Source: Octopus bimaculoides
Taxonomy: Eukaryota
Direction: 5' to 3'
Assembly (NCBI RefSeq): GCF_001194135.2
Contig: NC_068982.1
Coordinates: 13,471,927 to 13,535,926, forward strand
DNA: 64,000 nucleotides
The notes below the pieces were generated by a model. That model was not told where the DNA came from, searched no databases, and worked only from the letters and a program-made list of their open reading frames with translations. Shown one piece after another: positions 37,888-48,642 of the stretch. Within the stretch, counting starts at the first letter, position 1. Each line of letters starts with the position of its first letter. The translations under genes were made by a program, and so were the position numbers.

Positions 37888-38709
37888 GTGTGCGTTTTGT
37901 GCACGTGTGTAAGCATGTCTGTGATTGTATGTTAAAAGATGAAGTTTATTCAACAATTATTCTGACTTTTAGGTTGCCATATACCCAGGCAAATGTAGGA
38001 GAGAAATTGCGTGACAATTTATTAGAAACAAGCATTCATAGTATTGAAATACGATTAGCAAATGAAATTTGATTGGCTACTAAAAGGACAAAAGCAGAAC
38101 CATAAAAATGCATCACACATCTGTTACTATGTTATTCGCAGAACACATAATCTATTCCTCCATTTGCATAAACATCGCATGACATCTTCATTTTTTAGAT
38201 ATTTTTTTTATTTTTTGGTATAAAATGCACAAAAGTATGAAGGGACTGGTGTTTATATATTCTGTAATCTTTGTCTCCAGGAGAGATTATGTATAATATA
38301 CTATCACAGTCTCTTGCAATTTTGAACAAAGATTGCAATTGTTAAAGCCTTTCAAACATTACTAACAACACTTATTGAAGAATTGCCCAACAGCAACTGT
38401 AAAAATAGTTTATTTTCCACATAAGGGATTTACCATATGCTGCTATATTCTGAGAAGTGAACTACATATAAAAAAAAATTTAGATTTTCAACACTTAGAT
38501 GGTTTGGACAAATACGTCACATACTGCGTTGCTAACGTTTGAATGGATTGTTATAATTTCTCATAGGTTTAATAATCAATCAAATATCAATGACTAATAA
38601 TTTTATGTAAGAGAATATTTTTTCTTCTTTATTGTCATGCTGCTTCTTCTCATCAATCATTTGAATAAACAACAACCTGAAAATCAAAGAAATGATTTTA
38701 AATGCATTA

Positions 38710-39375
38710 GACACTGCTAATAATAATAATAATAATAATAACGATAATAAGAATAAGAATAATGATAATAATAATTATCACAGTATCACAGGATCGACCA
38801 GATCATTAGATGCTGTTTTACTCCGCTGGTCACAATGCGCTTCCAATTCTGTCTTGATTGCACCATTCTTTTCTTCCTTGACCCAAATTACTTCACCTGA
38901 TTGTCTTCTAATCATCGCTGAAGCCGTCCAAGTGGCCTTTTCTGATCTCTTGGATACCACTCGGCTATTGTACAGGTCCACCTGCTGTCTGTAAACCTTG
39001 CAACATATGCAGCTCAGCAGAACTTGTGTTATTGGTATTCTGCGATCACATCATTCACTCCGCTCTGTTCTTGAATTATCTCATTTGGAATATGCTCTTG
39101 TTATGATATTCCCAGCATGGGTCTTTCCATGGCCCCATGCATCATAGCTAATCAAGGTTCTATCCTCTTCATAGTAGTCCATGTCTCACTTGCATACAAG
39201 CACACAGGTAGGACAGTGCAATTGAAGAATTTAGCACATATGCTATTGTCGGACTTTGTTTTGTGCACATCATGTATTGGGTTAAATGCCTCCCATTCTG
39301 CCCTTTCTCTTCGAGATTTCAGCATCCATATCGTGGTGCATATTCACTGTGTGCCCTAAGTAGGTGTACACTTTT
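38710..39375 (-). mobile_element. older RTE-clade LINE 3' fragment with (ATT)n tail
   Basis: Minus: YTYLGHTVN...EIS.R, TVLPVCLYASETW, AMER.MLGIS, VAR..DSRWT..IAEWYPRDQKRPLGR. Confidence 0.85.
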
Positions 39376-39634
39376 ACTTCATCGGAGATAATCCGAGGAA
39401 ATCAAAGAATAGTAATTATATTGATTTTCAGATTCGGTAGAAGGCCAGCGATCTTGAGATGGGAACAGGTATAAGTCAATACCATCAATCCCAGTACTTG
39501 ACTGGTATTCTATTTTCTTCATCTTGAATGGAAGAAAGGCAAAGCAGGATTTTGATGCAGAGAGCAAAGAGCTTGAAGAAATATCACAAGACAATTTTTC
39601 TCAATGCTCTAATGATTGATATCAGTCCACTACA

Positions 39635-40015
39635 TCATCATCATCATTTAACGTCCACTTTCCATGCTGGCATGGGCTGGATGATTTGACTGGGGACTGG
39701 CGAAGCGGATGGCTACACCAGACTCCAATCTGATTTGGCAGAGTTTCTACAGCTGGATGCCCTTCCTAACACCAACCACTCCGAGAGTGTAGTGGGTGCT
39801 TTTTACGTGCCACCGACATGAGGGCCAGTCTGGCAGTACTGGCAACGGCCACGCTCAAATGGTGTTTTTTATGTGCCATCTGCACAGGAGTCAGTCCAAT
39901 GTTTTGTTCACATGCCACCGGCACAAAAGCCAGTAAGGCGAAGATGGAAACGACCACACTCAAATGGTGCTTTTTACATGCCACCGGCACAGGAGCGAGA
40001 CTGCTGCTCTGGCAG
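39635..40015 (-). mobile_element. RTE 3' UTR with subrepeats
   Basis: (CAT)n tail; GGCCACGCTCAAATGGTG units. Confidence 0.8.
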
Positions 40016-40039
40016 TGATATTTATACATAACGAAATAC

Positions 40040-40420
40040 TGAGTTTGTGCAGGAATTCTGTGAGGTTGAGAAACTTGCTTCCCAACCATGTGATCTAAGA
40101 TTCAATCCCTCTGCATGGGCAAATGTCTTTTACTATGGTCCTAAGCCAACCAAAGTATTGTGAGTGGATTTTGTAAAAGAAAAGTGAAAAAAGCCTTTTG
40201 TATGTATTTATAATTATGTGTGGAACATGTCTTTGTGTTTGCGTTATGATTGTCCTTCACCACTATTTGACAACCGGTGTTGGGTTGTTTACATCTCCAT
40301 AATGTAGCAGTTTGGCAAAAGAAACTAGTGGGATAAGAACCAGGGTTAATTTGTTGAACTAAATCCTTCATGGCTGAGCCTCAGCATGACTGCAGCGCAA
40401 AGACTGAAACAAGTAAAGAA
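40040..40420 (+). mobile_element. diverged full-length tRNA-SINE family D
   Basis: CTTGCTTCCCAACCATGTG head to GACTGAAACAAGTAAAGAATAAAA tail. Confidence 0.7.
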
Positions 40421-41399
40421 TAAAATACACAAAATTATAGAAATGTTGGGTAGTTTAAGTAATAGCAAGAATCTTCTATGTGGAGTGGAGAAGCCATATA
40501 TGCTTTTAAAAGGGTGTTATGGAAAACACATTAACATTAAAAAGAGTCCATATCGGAAACTACATGAAAAAAATTAATATTAATGCACATAATTATAATG
40601 TTATTAAAATTATTCTTTAGAGATGGCTTTGCTATACTACACGAGAACAAAGGTCAAAAGAATAAGTGGTTGTGTTTTGTAGTTCTAACAATTGATAGAA
40701 ACGTGTAAATTGCCAGCAAATTTTAAATGCCTATATCTAAAATACTTGATATTGAGATGACATTCAATTCGAGATAAAAGAAAAATGTTTAGATTTGGGT
40801 TAATTTGAATTGAGCAAATTAGACATATATCTCGATCAATCTTTTTTTTTTTTTTTTGTTATAATGAAGTTTTGCTTAATGCTATTGTGTATATGGATGT
40901 GTTGTTAAATGGTCAAAGGTCAGTTCTGCAATAATTATTTAAATTATTAGGAAAGGACATAATAAGAAAAGTCGATATTGTATAAAATAACTAATTATAC
41001 GACCTGAGAGGGAATATTATATATGAGAAAAAGCAATATTTTATTAAATGTTGAATGACCTAATAGGTAGGGGTTTAATATGAAAGACCACACTGAGCAT
41101 AAAGAATAATAGAATTAGTGGAGTTTCTTTTTGTCTTGCAAGTTACTTGGTGACCCTGTCGGTGCTGGTGCCAAATAAAAGGCACCGGTGCTGGTGTTAC
41201 GTTAAAAGTACTGGTGCACATAAACATTACTAGATCTGTTTCCACATAAAAGGTACTGGCGTTGGGCCACATAAAAAGCCCTAGTGTTGGTGTCACATAA
41301 GAAGCACCCAGGACATTTACAAATATTATTCTCTTTGACAAGATCAAAAATGAAGAGATCCAATGCTGTGCTGGTCTGCCTCTTATGATGGAAATCCTC

Positions 41400-41995
41400 A
41401 TTGATAGAAATTCAAGTTAGTTGCGCCACGTACAGACGGGTAGTGTGCGCTGGTCAGATTTTCATTTTCATGCAAGATGACGGAATGCACCGAGCGGAGA
41501 CCATAGATCAACGTCTCCTCAGTGATGATGATGGTCTTCAGAACATCTGGGTCATGGTTTTCACAGTGTAGCATGTACTAAGCAATTTCTATGTAGAATT
41601 GCTTCTGCTGCTCCGTCAGCACCTTGGGTGTGGAACAAATTTCTCTGACATTCCATTATTCCATTAAAATATTCCATTAAAACGGTTTGCATTGACCCTG
41701 TGCACACTCTCACTTCGTAAGAATTTCCTGGATTGACATGGTGATCTTCTATGACTATTCACCGAACCTTTTCAACCGGCCTGACCTTGCCTCACTCTGC
41801 ACTCAGACGCAGCCGTATTTGAAGTGGTTGTACCACTCCTTGATCTGAGTTTTGCCTATGGCATTATTGCCAAAGCCTGCTAAAATTTCTGGATGGTTTG
41901 TGTTTGAGCATTACCAAGCTTTTGGCAAAACTTGGTACAATATCTCTGCTTGGTGCATTTGGTGTAAACGAAAATTCAATGAGCAAAACACTACA
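41400..41995 (-). mobile_element. mariner transposase 5' half, heavily decayed
   Basis: Minus QRYCTKFCQKLG.AQTQTIQKF N-terminus, then remnants resembling FVPK.LT and KTIIT.DET. Confidence 0.75.
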
Positions 41996-42164
41996 TCTGT
42001 ACACTAAGCATAATAGCCAGAAAAGGGACTCAGACTACCAGTGCTAAAATTTTCAAGCATGCATAGGAAGAGTGTTGTCTCCTCCCAGCCAAAGAGGATT
42101 TTGCCTACACAGCATTAGTATCAATAATGATATCAATAATATACAATAATATATCAGTAATATA

Positions 42165-42240
42165 CTAGCCTGGACTTGTGCCTTGGAGTGTAACTTTGTA
42201 GGTGCAATCCCATGGTCAGTCATGACCGAAGAGGGTCTCA
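42165..42240 (+). mobile_element. Meta-type SINE 3' end
   Basis: CCTGGACTTGTGCC...GGTCAGTCATGACCGAAGAGGGTCTC as in 25770-25842. Confidence 0.75.
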
Positions 42241-42539
42241 ATTAGTGGATTTCCAATTAGTGTGTTTAAAGCATAATGGTGCACAAATATAGGCATCTGA
42301 CAATTCAGTGATGTTGCTCATAGACTAATAAAGGATTTTCTTTCTTAGTCTGTATACTCTTGAGATTTTATCCACAGCAAAGAAATCTTCCCACGTCCAA
42401 GTGTACATGAATGTGCTAAATACGATTGTGAACACACATGCATTCTCTCTCTCTCTCTCTCGCTCTCTCTCTCGCACACACGTGATTTAATTTTGAGAAT
42501 AGATCTTAACAATAATTTAACCAGTTAAACTAATTAAAA

Positions 42540-42930
42540 TTGCAAAATATAATACTTGCAGTTTTTTCTATCTATCTGTCTGTCTATCCGTCCAGTTATC
42601 TATCTATTTCTCTAGCAATCTATCCATCCATTTATTTATTTATCAATCTATCCATCCATCCATTTATTTATTTATCTATCAATATATCTATTTGCCTGTC
42701 TGTCTATCCATCCAGTTATCTATCTATCTATCTATCTCTCTATACATATGTAAATATGTAATACAAATGCAAATATATATGTGTACATGCACATATAAAT
42801 ATATAAATATATATTTGTATATCATTACATGAATATATGTGTGTATACACATGTATGCATATATGTACACATGTAAAATATACAAATATGCACATATATT
42901 TACACATACACACATGCACGCACAAATATA
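42540..42930. repeat. (TCTA)n/(TCCA)n and AT-rich microsatellite mosaic
   Basis: Visible tetranucleotide runs. Confidence 0.85.
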
Positions 42931-43561
42931 TATATATGTATCAGTAATTCATGAAATGATTACCTAAACTGGTAAATTTGTTGCTGTAGATGTTTATTTG
43001 AATAATGAAATGCCAGACATGACTGCGTAATGCAAGTTACTCATGGTTTTATATTTATGTAATCAGATGTTTAAATCTCTCATTATGTGATCAGATATAA
43101 CAGAAATGCATTTGAAATATAGACATACAAATACACTTCACATATACATTCACATGCATACACACATGCATGTATATGTGTGTGGTTTGTATAAATATAT
43201 ATATATATATACATATATGCATTGATATATATATACATATATATATACATATATATATATGCTTATGTATATATATATATGTATCTGTATGCGTGTGTGC
43301 ATAATATTGCAATTAGAATTTTACATTGCTTCCTGAAGAGATTTCAATGACAGACAGATTTTACGGTGACATGATGAGAAACTAAATATGAATTTTCCAT
43401 TCTGATGACTTCAAAAGATAATTTATGCCTGATACATTAGAATGAATATAATTAGATTTATNNNNNNNNNNNNNNNNNNNNNNNNNNNNNNNNNNNNNNN
43501 NNNNNNNNNNNNNNNNNNNNNNNNNNNNNNNNNNNNNNNNNNNNNNNNNNNNNNNNNNNNN

Positions 43562-43592
<31 letters not shown>

Positions 43593-44680
43593 GATATATG
43601 CATCATATATATACCTGGCTTTGGGTAAAAGAAAATACAGGATGATCAGTTAATGATTTTGTTCAACATATTCCGCTCTCATAATCACACACTCATCGAA
43701 TAAAGTTTAACTGCCAACCACATATAGAAATAAAACCAAATGGACCAACACATATCCAGGATATACAATGTCAATGGTAAATTTAAACCAGCCTTTATCA
43801 CATTGAAATACCAGAAAAGAATACTTTATAAACCATCATAAAAATACTTCTGATATATTTAGCAATGTAGTCCTAGGAACAATAACTGCATCCATGTTCT
43901 TGAATTTCTGAAACAACACAGCAGAAATGATAGCTCAATAGCTATGATGATGAGAGTCTGATAACTGAACCAGAAGGTATTTTTAAAACTGAAACACTGC
44001 AAAGCTAATTTGCAATAATTATCAATGACATATATCATATCTTTAATAAATGTTTTGCATTAAAAGGAGCTAGGTTTTTCTTGGATTTCTCCTAAGTCCA
44101 AACAAATTATCTCAAGTATTATGTTGCTATAGATGTCTTTCTAAAGCTTTCTTCCAAGTAGTAGACTCCTACCACCGCGAAAAAGAAACTGAAAGACAAC
44201 AAGCAGAACAAATGTATAAAAGAGGACATGTAGCTCATGATTTCACATCTTCTTAAAGGAAAATATTACACCATGTTATATATTCAGCACTGTTTCCATC
44301 TTTTTAGATTTTAGCTTTACACAGATTTTACAGCGTCACAACTGATTATTGAAGCAGTAGCTCAACCTGTCAAGATGTAGTATAACTGAACTTTGAAGTT
44401 TCTTTTTCTTTTTTCTTTTTGACAAAGTCAGACATGAGAGAAGTCACAAACTTCTTGAGACCTAATTCATGATAATGATGGGGAGTCAGTACTCCCTGAT
44501 TGCACTCAATAATGATTTATCTCATGCATATCATATCAAAATAGCAACAAAACTACATCTTCATTTAAAGTTTATTCTTCGATGCATCATGTTGTTGGCT
44601 CCTTTACAATTTCCATTACAATTTGTTTGATTGTGTTGAGGATAGGTAGATATCTGTACACACACAACACACACACATAT

Positions 44681-44844
44681 ACAATTGCAGTGTGGAAGGT
44701 ATTTATAAGCCATTTAAAAACACAAAAAACCATTAGATTCACTTAAACATTTAAATTTAATTTGTCAAAATATTTTCGTCGCTTTGAGACTGCAACCCGT
44801 TTACTGACAAAATTCCATGATGTGTTTTTAAATGGCTTATAAAT
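44681..44844 (-). repeat. putative Penelope-like LTR repeat with variant hammerhead, copy 2
   Basis: Colinear with 25289-25440; perfect 24-bp inverted repeat 44701-44724/44821-44844. Confidence 0.7.
44761..44811 (-). ncRNA. G3:C8 hammerhead-like motif, mutated at G5 and A9
   Basis: Minus: TTTGTCA GTAAACG G GTTGC-agtctcaaa-GCGAC GAAA ATAT TT TGACAAA. Confidence 0.5.
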
Positions 44845-45410
44845 GGCTCTGTAGTACAAATGTCTTATTTTCATAAGATCTGAATTAAAATCTTCCACCA
44901 AACCTTAGTCACAATTTATGTTCCTAACACTAGCTTATTGATAACTAAGTTATTTTACTAAATTCTTTGTTATATTTGAAATTAATTGAAAGAATCACAG
45001 AGCATCTCAACAGAAATCTGGTGGCGAGCTGGCAGAAACGTTAGCACACCGGGCAAAATGCTTACCGGTATTTCGTCTTCCATTGTGTTTTGAGTTCAAA
45101 TTCCGAAGTTGACTTTGCCTTTCATCCTTTTGGGTTCGATAAATAAAGTACCAAAAAGGTGGCGGGCTGGCAGAGACGTTAACGCGTCGGGTGAAATGCT
45201 TAGTGGTATTTCATCTGCCATTACGTTCGGAGATAGAATTCCACCAAGGTCGACTTTGCCTTTCTTCCTTTTGGGGTCGATAAATTAAGCACCAGTTATG
45301 CACTGGGGTCGATGTAATCGACTTAATCCTTTTGTTTGTCCTTGTTTGTCCCCTCTAATGTTTAGCCCTCTGTGGGCACTAAAGAAATAAGAAATATGGT
45401 AACAAAAGGG
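44845..45410. mobile_element. piggyBac-like MITE (one end) containing two tandem Nin/Deu SINEs (45018-45389)
   Basis: Ends GGTAACAAAAGGG|TTAA; SINE block flanked by an AGAAAT duplication. Confidence 0.6.
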
Positions 45411-45950
45411 TTAACAAATGATTAATTTAAAGGATTTTTTAAAAACAATAAGGGACTCATGAACATTTGTCAAAACACAAGGGACTTTTCATATCTTTTG
45501 ATATGTATTTAAGTTACTGAGTAAGGTAAACTCTAAACAGGCCTACACCTGTATTGTGAGACACTTCAATTTAAAGCACTCCTATTTGTTTATCCCTAAT
45601 TCTCTTAGCTATAAATATTCTAGACCTGTCCAGCCAGCTTTTAAAGTGGAAGTGATGAGTAATTCCAAACACAGGTTGTTTTCTTTTTCTTTTTCACTGT
45701 TTTGAAATTTGCTCCTTTTTAAAATATGAGTCCCAAGATAAATAACACACAACCGCAGTGAAATTTGATGTTTTTAATGTCCAATTTAACCTTCTATTTC
45801 ATTGAGTGTTATAATTTATCTTTTGCCATTTACTTGTTTCAGTCATTAGACCGTGGCCATGCTGGGGCACTGCCTTGAAGAATTTTACACAAACACACTA
45901 ACACCAGTTATCAAGCAGTGATGGGGGACAAACAGACAGACACACACACA

Positions 45951-45993
<43 letters not shown>

Positions 45994-46151
45994 GGAGAAT
46001 CTACTAGAACAGATGCAAGTGCTAATTTATAAAAACATGTGACATATTAATAAAAATCTGTAAATGTACAACCATCCAGATATCTGAGTGCCTTATTATT
46101 TTTTCTAATATATAATTCCTGTACATCACCTCCAAACCTTCGTGTATTCTA

Positions 46152-46276
46152 CAGGGTGTCCACAATGCCTGGGTACATGGAGTAAATAAAATCATAACAA
46201 ACATTTAAATATAAGAAATAATAATTTCTTAAAATATGTGTTAATCCCCATGTACCCAGACTTTGTGGACACCCTG
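46152..46276. mobile_element. Tc1-like MITE
   Basis: Same TIRs as 8980-9106, TA flanks. Confidence 0.85.
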
Positions 46277-46280
46277 TATG

Positions 46281-46315
<35 letters not shown>

Positions 46316-46325
46316 NNNNNNNNNN

Positions 46326-46366
46326 ACTGATGAGGTCACAGAAGTGTGACGAAAGAACTCTGGCCG
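46326..46366 (+). ncRNA. hammerhead-like motif truncated by N gap
   Basis: A CTGATGA G GTCACA-gaag-TGTGAC GAAA GAAC TC TGGCCG. Confidence 0.55.
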
Positions 46367-46486
46367 AAATAAGATTAAGATTAAGATTAATGTAATATAA
46401 CGCTGAAAAAAAAAAAAAAAATTAACACCAAATATACAGTGCGTGTGTTTTTATTGGCTAAACTGGCAACATGACCATCCCCAAGT

Positions 46487-46530
<44 letters not shown>

Positions 46531-46584
46531 TCATCATTATTGTTTAACATCCGTTTTCCATGCTGGGATGGGTTGGATGGTTAT

Positions 46585-46745
46585 ACACACACAATGGGCT
46601 TCCAGTTTTTGTCTACCAAATTCACTCACAAGGCTTCGATTGTCCTGAGGCCAAAGTAGAGACACTTACACAAGATACCATGCAGTGGGCTGAACCTGGA
46701 ACTGTGCAGTTAGGAAGCAAACTTCTTACCACACAACCACATGTA
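46585..46745 (-). mobile_element. tRNA-SINE family D 5' half
   Basis: GGGCTTCCAGTTTT...CTTCTTACCACACAACC. Confidence 0.7.
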
Positions 46746-47106
46746 CATCTGGTATTTCCTGGTATTTCAAATTACTTAGTTGTCTCATGCATATTTATAC
46801 AACAGGATTCAGTTCAAATTCATTGTTGATTTTTCAGCTTTATTATAAAAATATGAAACTGTGCACTCTCATTGAAATCAGATGAAAGCTTGTGTAAAAC
46901 TGTTGATTCTTGACATTGAGCTAAGAAATTCTTGGCAGAGACTATCAGGCACATACCATTTAAAAAAATGAACAATGGATTAGTTCTCATGTGTTAATAT
47001 TATTCTTTACTTGTAAATTTACATGCAGTGTTGTTACAATATATCCATCATTTTGCTTGCTTGCCATCCATCCCATTAATTTTTTTTCCCATTCTAAATA
47101 GCAAGT

Positions 47107-47298
47107 CTATTTTCTCCTTAAAGATTGTTTACTGCTTAGCATTTTCTGCAATTGGGCTTTGTTCTTTCTCCATAGTCTAACACTGCTCTCAGCAGCACCA
47201 AATTTCTTAGAGGCCATGCAGTTGTTCTTTTCAGAAAATCCTATGACTAAAAGCTTAAATTTTCCATTGTATGTAAGGCATTGCTTTTCCTCATCCAA
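47107..47298 (-). mobile_element. pogo transposase N-terminal (Brinker-type HTH) remnant
   Basis: TYNGKFKLLVIGFSEKNN.MASKKFGAAESSVRLWRKNKAQLQKM matches the pogo BrkDBD pattern. Confidence 0.7.
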
Positions 47299-48016
47299 CT
47301 TTTATTGGGTTGTGTGCTGAAAATTTTTTTCACTGATGGCATGCATCAGTAATATAATTGTAATATTTCCAATTAAATAATCACTTTTAAACAATAGAGT
47401 GCATAACCATACAGCACCAATATGCTAACAAAATTAGCAATTGCCATTGGATATGTTTACATAGAAGGCTTCATAGCTGCAGGCAATGAAGAGTATACAT
47501 GAATTGTCACATGTCTCAGAGCTACTGCCTTTAAGGTTCTTCATTTTCCACAAGTTGTTGTCACATTTATTTATTTATTTTTCTCACACTCAAGTTTCAT
47601 GCAACTATTTAAATTCAGTGGTGATTTTTTAAATATAATATTTTCCACATTATACAAGAGAAAGCATGATTTATTAAACAATCTGTAATGACATTAGAAA
47701 TAAAAGTCACAGTTGCCTTGTTTTCTTATAGTCTTACGAATAGTAGGGATACATATATACACAAACTCACACACACACACACACAGACATGCACATATAA
47801 TATATACATCATGTATAATATATACATAATCATCATTTAACATCCGTTTACCATGCTGGCATGGATTAGACAGTTTGACAGAAGCTGGTAAGGCCGGGAG
47901 CCAAACAAGCCATCATTGTCTGTTTTTGTATGGTTTCTATGGCTGGATACCCTTCCCAATGCCAGCCTCTTCACAAAGTTACTGGGTACTTTTATGTGGC
48001 ACCGGCCATATATATG

Positions 48017-48057
<41 letters not shown>

Positions 48058-48121
48058 ATATATATACATATGTATGTATGTATATATATATAACAGACAG
48101 TCTGTTAAAGTCTGTCATACC

Positions 48122-48162
48122 GGCCATGACGAAGGGAAATAGCCCTGAAACTCGAGTCACCT
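48122..48162 (+). ncRNA. degenerate minimal hammerhead-like motif
   Basis: GGCC ATGACGA AGGG-aaatag-CCCT GAAA CTCGAG TC ACC; stem III ACTCGAGT is a perfect palindrome; C3 and stem I damaged. Confidence 0.55.
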
Positions 48163-48569
48163 TTATATACTTATATTTATATATTTGATCCTTTATATTG
48201 AACACTCAATACTTCATCTACATTCAGTACTTTATTTCATGGTGCCATCCATTTTTATTTTATTTTATTTTATATTATATATTATATTAGATATTGTATA
48301 TTCCATATTCTATACCCCACATTGGTTCTGCAGGAATATAAATAAAACAAAAAACAGACAGTGTTGGAACTCTTTTAAACAAAATAATATATTCCTCTAT
48401 ACACAATCATACAAAAAAAAAAAAAAAANNNNNNNNNNNNNNNNNNNNNNNNNNNNNNNNNNNNNNNNNNNNNNNNNNNNNNNNNNNNNNNNNNNNNNNN
48501 NNNNNNNNNNNNNNNNNNNNNNNNNNNNNNNNNNNNNNNNNNNNNNNNNNNNNNNNNNNNNNNNNNNNN

Positions 48570-48642
<73 letters not shown>

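Noticed and set aside
39780-40015. Short repeats with variable spacers suggesting a CRISPR array
   Set aside because: Irregular spacing, embedded in an RTE 3' UTR, eukaryotic context, no cas genes.
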